From: Candidatus Jidaibacter sp.
GTDB taxonomy: Bacteria > Pseudomonadota > Alphaproteobacteria > Rickettsiales > Midichloriaceae
NCBI GenBank assembly: GCA_021298045.1
Contig: JAJTHY010000107.1
Span: 1-29,881 of the forward strand
DNA: 29,881 bases
Direction of reading: 5' to 3'
Below, one piece after another: positions 25,847-29,881 of the stretch (the first letter of the stretch is position 1; the number at the start of each line of letters is the position of its first letter). Under the pieces are notes generated by a model. The model searched no databases. It was not told the origin of the DNA and saw only the letters and a program-made list of their open reading frames with translations. The position numbers were made by a program, and so were the translations under genes.

Positions 25847-28540
25847 ATGGCTCTTTTACTAATTTCTTTGATTAATATTTACTTTTTAGGCACTGTAAAC
25901 TTAAAGCAAATCATAAATCGTTACTGCCCTGAGATAGACAAGATCTTCCAAATCTTAGCCGCTTTATCTTTATCTCCATTTATCACGAGCTGGATATGGT
26001 TGCAGTTAATTAGGTTCTTCCCGCACCATACGCATCATACATATATATCAGCAATATTTGCACTTTATTTATGCATTTTTCTAGTCTTTTTAATTAAGGA
26101 TTGGTCTTCAAATAAATACATGGATTCCTGGAGCACATTAATTGAAAAGATCCAAAAAGTTAAGGAATATAAGTGGCACTTAGCATTCGCAATTTTCTGC
26201 GTGATTTTAATAATTGCAAACTATTTTTACGCTCCCCTAGTTGAAAATGATTCAACAGAATACTTTTATATGGCTAAAATTATACTTACTAAATCCGATG
26301 TAAGTTGGTATCCTAATATCGCAGCTCATGATTCTTTTGGCTTACTTGCACCTTTCACCCATCCATTAGGATATCCAGCATTTTTATCATTGCACTTGGT
26401 TGGAATAGATGATTATTTAGGCCCTAACTATAATGCTATTTTACTGCCAGCAAAAATCGCCTGTCTGTATTACCCTTTATTAACCATCTTGATAATTATA
26501 TATATACTGCACCTGCTCAAAAAGCAGCATGCAAGTATTTGGGCATTGATGCTATATATATCTACGCCTATTGTTTTGCATTATATAATCAAGTGTCATA
26601 TAGACCCTTACCGCATCGCGTTCATGACCCTAAGCGTGGTTATGCTGCATCATGTTTTATCAACCAAGTACTCATATGCCAATCTATTTTTACTAGCCAT
26701 CACATGTGGGCTTGCATGGTTTATACACACTTCAGGAGCACTTAATGTTTTTATAATTTTCTTTATATTGAGCCTTGCAAACTGGCATAAATATGATCTC
26801 ACCACTGCGATAAAAACAGGTTTGTTTTGCAGTTGCATTTGTATATTTATCGTAGCTCCCGACCTTTATCAAATGTATAAAGCGCTAGGCACAATAGCGG
26901 GTGATGTTGGTAATATACCAGTGATACGTAATAATCTAAAAGAGTACCAGGAATTTTGGCAAGTCATGAGAGGGCTCAAAGATAGCAATGAAAAACTAGC
27001 AACACTGCTACGAACTTTTTATGAAGTAAAATATTGGGGGCTTTTATACTTCTTAGGAATACTTGGGATGTTAGCTTCTTATCGTAATATTTTTACTAAA
27101 AACTATAACTTATTACAACTGCTCTTCTTAAGTGTTGCACTGTTTTATGCTATTGCATTAATCGCTACATTAGCCGGCATTGATACCTTTGTATTCAACC
27201 TAAGATACCTTATGCAGCCAGTAGCGATTGTTGTTGTATTCGCGTCTATAAGCTTAGCAGACTTCTTACAAAACAAAAAAATCACCCGATTTGGTGCTAT
27301 AATATTTTTCATTTGCTCTATATCTATAGTCGGGTTACGGAATCTGCGAGATGTTACTTCTTTTCAGATCATAGCCAAAAGTGAGCATGAAAAAATGGCT
27401 AACGACAGCTCAAACCTAGCTAACCTGATTGCATATATCAGTCAAAATCAACTTGATAAAATGGGAAAGGCTATTGTTTTACGACAAGGTGAAACATTGC
27501 AATATTCAAAACTTTCTATTTATCACGCGTATGACTCACGTATAGCTTTTTTAGCTAATATTAATGATGTTGAAACTTTGAAACACGAGTTACGTAAACT
27601 GAACATAAGATACGTTATAAACACCTTCTATCAAGATCCATTTATTACCTCCACTCAGTTGGCCAACCTCTTGCCTAAACAGATTGTATTATATAGTGAT
27701 TCCTATTATAAATTACATGACCTCAGAGTTCCAGCTATAGAAAAAAATCATGTGCCAGATAGTAAATTACATTTGAAATTCCAAGCTCAGGAGAATGCGG
27801 AAGAGCAGGTTTATTTAGAGAAGTTTGGTGAAGATTATCATATTTTAAAGACCGCTATATCTCCATCAAACATATCGAGCGCTAAAAATATCTCCTATAA
27901 ATTCGAGATAGAGGCAAAATCGCCTTCCAAGGTAAATATTGAGGTTATAACTGCCTTATCAACTAATACCCAGTTAAATGATACAATTTCTTTAACAGAG
28001 TTTGTTTTAAAAAAAGGGCTCAATAAGATAGAGCTCTCAGTGCCAATTACTAATTTCTCGCCCTATGTCCGTTGCAAAATTGTAAGTAGTGCGAAAGATA
28101 AAATAATAATAAAGAGTGCCTCAAAGAAGCTTTATAATTACCGATATATAACTAATGAAAACATTAGAGTTCCAATTTTTTCTCAATCACCTAACCGTAA
28201 ACAGGAAGTTTGCTATTTGGGAGAAGGAGAATGCCATCTCTCTGGCGATCGTAACATTGATTTTAGTGTTATTCCTGTGAATACAGTTGCAAAAAACAAA
28301 CAGTTGTCCTTAAGGGTTTCTGGTGAAGGCACTATTTGCTACGGGGGTAAAAGCACTATAGAAAGAATAAAAGAAGCGTTATTACTTGGGTCAATTGAGA
28401 TGATGGGAAATGGCAATTGTCAAGAAACAAGTCAACAATACATTAGCACAATATTTATGTACCCAGGTGAAACCATTAGTTTTAACCAATCATCAAGCTC
28501 CAAAGGGTTAACAATACACTCCACAGACTATTATGATTAA
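25847..28540 (+). CDS. Large polytopic membrane protein, probable GT-C (ArnT/PMT-like) glycosyltransferase with a ~400-aa soluble C-terminal region
   Basis: About 12-14 hydrophobic segments in the first ~500 aa, an acidic first-loop motif (ENDSTEYFYMAK), HPLGYP and RYLMQP motifs reminiscent of GT-C enzymes. Confidence 0.6.
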   Translation: MALLLISLINIYFLGTVNLKQIINRYCPEIDKIFQILAALSLSPFITSWIWLQLIRFFPHHTHHTYISAIFALYLCIFLVFLIKDWSSNKYMDSWSTLIEKIQKVKEYKWHLAFAIFCVILIIANYFYAPLVENDSTEYFYMAKIILTKSDVSWYPNIAAHDSFGLLAPFTHPLGYPAFLSLHLVGIDDYLGPNYNAILLPAKIACLYYPLLTILIIIYILHLLKKQHASIWALMLYISTPIVLHYIIKCHIDPYRIAFMTLSVVMLHHVLSTKYSYANLFLLAITCGLAWFIHTSGALNVFIIFFILSLANWHKYDLTTAIKTGLFCSCICIFIVAPDLYQMYKALGTIAGDVGNIPVIRNNLKEYQEFWQVMRGLKDSNEKLATLLRTFYEVKYWGLLYFLGILGMLASYRNIFTKNYNLLQLLFLSVALFYAIALIATLAGIDTFVFNLRYLMQPVAIVVVFASISLADFLQNKKITRFGAIIFFICSISIVGLRNLRDVTSFQIIAKSEHEKMANDSSNLANLIAYISQNQLDKMGKAIVLRQGETLQYSKLSIYHAYDSRIAFLANINDVETLKHELRKLNIRYVINTFYQDPFITSTQLANLLPKQIVLYSDSYYKLHDLRVPAIEKNHVPDSKLHLKFQAQENAEEQVYLEKFGEDYHILKTAISPSNISSAKNISYKFEIEAKSPSKVNIEVITALSTNTQLNDTISLTEFVLKKGLNKIELSVPITNFSPYVRCKIVSSAKDKIIIKSASKKLYNYRYITNENIRVPIFSQSPNRKQEVCYLGEGECHLSGDRNIDFSVIPVNTVAKNKQLSLRVSGEGTICYGGKSTIERIKEALLLGSIEMMGNGNCQETSQQYISTIFMYPGETISFNQSSSSKGLTIHSTDYYD

Positions 28541-29759
28541 CATAATAAGAAAAAGTAAATTTTTGCATCAAGTATCGATTTTATTCACTGTACAAACACT
28601 CTGCAAAATCATACCTATAATTGCTAATCTATTTGTGCTTCAAATATATACAGCGGATGTCTTCGGACAATTTGGGCTTATAGTAACCTGGATGGAATTT
28701 GCAAGATCCATAGCTAACCTTAAACTTGAAAACGCAATATTAAGTAGTAAAGGAAAGAACAATATCATGGTAGGGAGTGCTGCTTGTTTGCTGGTCTCTA
28801 GCGGAATTATGATCCTTCAACTTTTTATTATTTTTGTGATTCAACTAATTTACGATTTCTCATCATATTATTTTCTCATAGGCATCTATACTTTTGTTGG
28901 ATCCATATATAATTTGCAATTTGCAATCGCATTAAAATTAGGACGCATCAGAAATCTTGCTTGGTCTAAGATATTAGAGACTCTGTCTTTTAATATCCTG
29001 ATTATTTTACTTGGAGTTTTTAATAACACTATTGCATCTTTATTGATTTCAAGTTTTGCAAGTGTGCTTATAGGGGTAACAATATTGAGACGTTATATTT
29101 ATTTGGATTCGCTAAGCTCAGTATCAAAAGCAATAGGCTTTATAAAGCAACACTATAGATATCCTTTATATCTATCAACTGCATCCCTGATCGAAGTTGC
29201 AGCATATAATCTTCACATTCTTATTTTATCACTTTTTTATAGCACAACTTTTATCGGAGAATTATTTTGGGTGCAACGAATTCTCAACGTCCCTTTAAAT
29301 ATAATCACACCAATTAATCAGTTACTCATAAAACAACTTACTGTACATAGCTGCAACATCGCTTCTATATATTCAAAGATATCCTCCTATACCAAGCTTT
29401 CGGTGCTTGGATCGCTAATAATTTCAATTATGATACTTTATGTACCAAATGAAATCATTATATACTTGACACCTTCACATTGGAGCAATTTGATAACTAT
29501 TTTTCAAATTAGCTTGCCAGCTTTTCTATTGATATATATATGGAAGCTTTTAACTGCAGTATTGATGCATGAGCATAAACAAAATTTAATATTAGTTTTT
29601 GATATCGGCATCTTTATGCTATCTATGTGTATTTTATTGGTAGGTAGTTATCTTAACACGCCATTTATACAGCTTCTGCTATTGCTTACTGCCGCCAAAG
29701 CTTTGATAATATTATTAGTAATTATAAAGGTTATGCGAGTTATAGCTAAACCCTTATAA
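28533..29759 (+). CDS. Wzx/MOP-family oligosaccharide flippase
   Basis: 408 aa, about 12 TM segments, N-terminal Y....FGQFG motif and F....RYPLY.....L in the middle. Start overlaps the upstream stop (ATGATTAA). Confidence 0.75.
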   Translation: MINIIRKSKFLHQVSILFTVQTLCKIIPIIANLFVLQIYTADVFGQFGLIVTWMEFARSIANLKLENAILSSKGKNNIMVGSAACLLVSSGIMILQLFIIFVIQLIYDFSSYYFLIGIYTFVGSIYNLQFAIALKLGRIRNLAWSKILETLSFNILIILLGVFNNTIASLLISSFASVLIGVTILRRYIYLDSLSSVSKAIGFIKQHYRYPLYLSTASLIEVAAYNLHILILSLFYSTTFIGELFWVQRILNVPLNIITPINQLLIKQLTVHSCNIASIYSKISSYTKLSVLGSLIISIMILYVPNEIIIYLTPSHWSNLITIFQISLPAFLLIYIWKLLTAVLMHEHKQNLILVFDIGIFMLSMCILLVGSYLNTPFIQLLLLLTAAKALIILLVIIKVMRVIAKPL

Positions 29760-29881
29760 AATGGCTATGAAAAATACAACAAATCTCCACCTCTTAGTCA
29801 TCCTCGCTATTGCTTGGGATCTTAAGATTCCGCAACAAGTGCGGAATGACAATTAAAGCAAAAACCGTGCCTTTTTTGTAG
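29741..29881. mobile_element. MITE-like element A, copy 2 (cut by the window end)
   Basis: 136/141 identical to 14659-14799; overlaps the last 19 nt of the flippase CDS. Confidence 0.8.
29797..29850. repeat. REP-like palindromic doublet nested in element A copy 2
   Basis: GTCATCCTCGCTATTGCTTGGGATCTTAAGATTCCGCAACAAGTGCGGAATGAC, with intact GTCAT/ATGAC ends. Confidence 0.75.

Overview
AT-rich alphaproteobacterial chromosomal window. The combination of rvh-type VirB8/VirB9, flagellar FliQ, cbb3-oxidase accessory CcoG, MEP-pathway IspE, class I aldolase and a short ProRS points to Rickettsiales, most compatible with a Midichloriaceae-like lineage (inference). It holds about 27 genes, mostly housekeeping (dnaE, rho, ispE, fabD/fabG, carD, mreD-mrdA, lon, proS). 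Many are detached pieces of normally larger operons. At the right end is an envelope glycosylation cassette (GT2, GT-C and Wzx-like flippase). I saw no tRNA, rRNA, CRISPR array or transposase. The most unusual non-coding structure is a family of TATAGC-ended miniature elements. Two different elements sharing a ~30-bp end sit in tandem at 14659-14976, and one carries a nested GTCAT...ATGAC palindrome. A 96%-identical second copy at 29741 supplies the last codons and stop of the flippase gene. Other notable items are a Rho with a 110-aa low-complexity N-terminal extension, a stand-alone DUF2793 (GTA/phage tail-fibre-type) gene, a degenerate EAL protein, a PAP2 protein lacking both conserved arginines, and an 8-Cys exported hypothetical protein. 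All family assignments come from motif recognition by eye; no searches were run.
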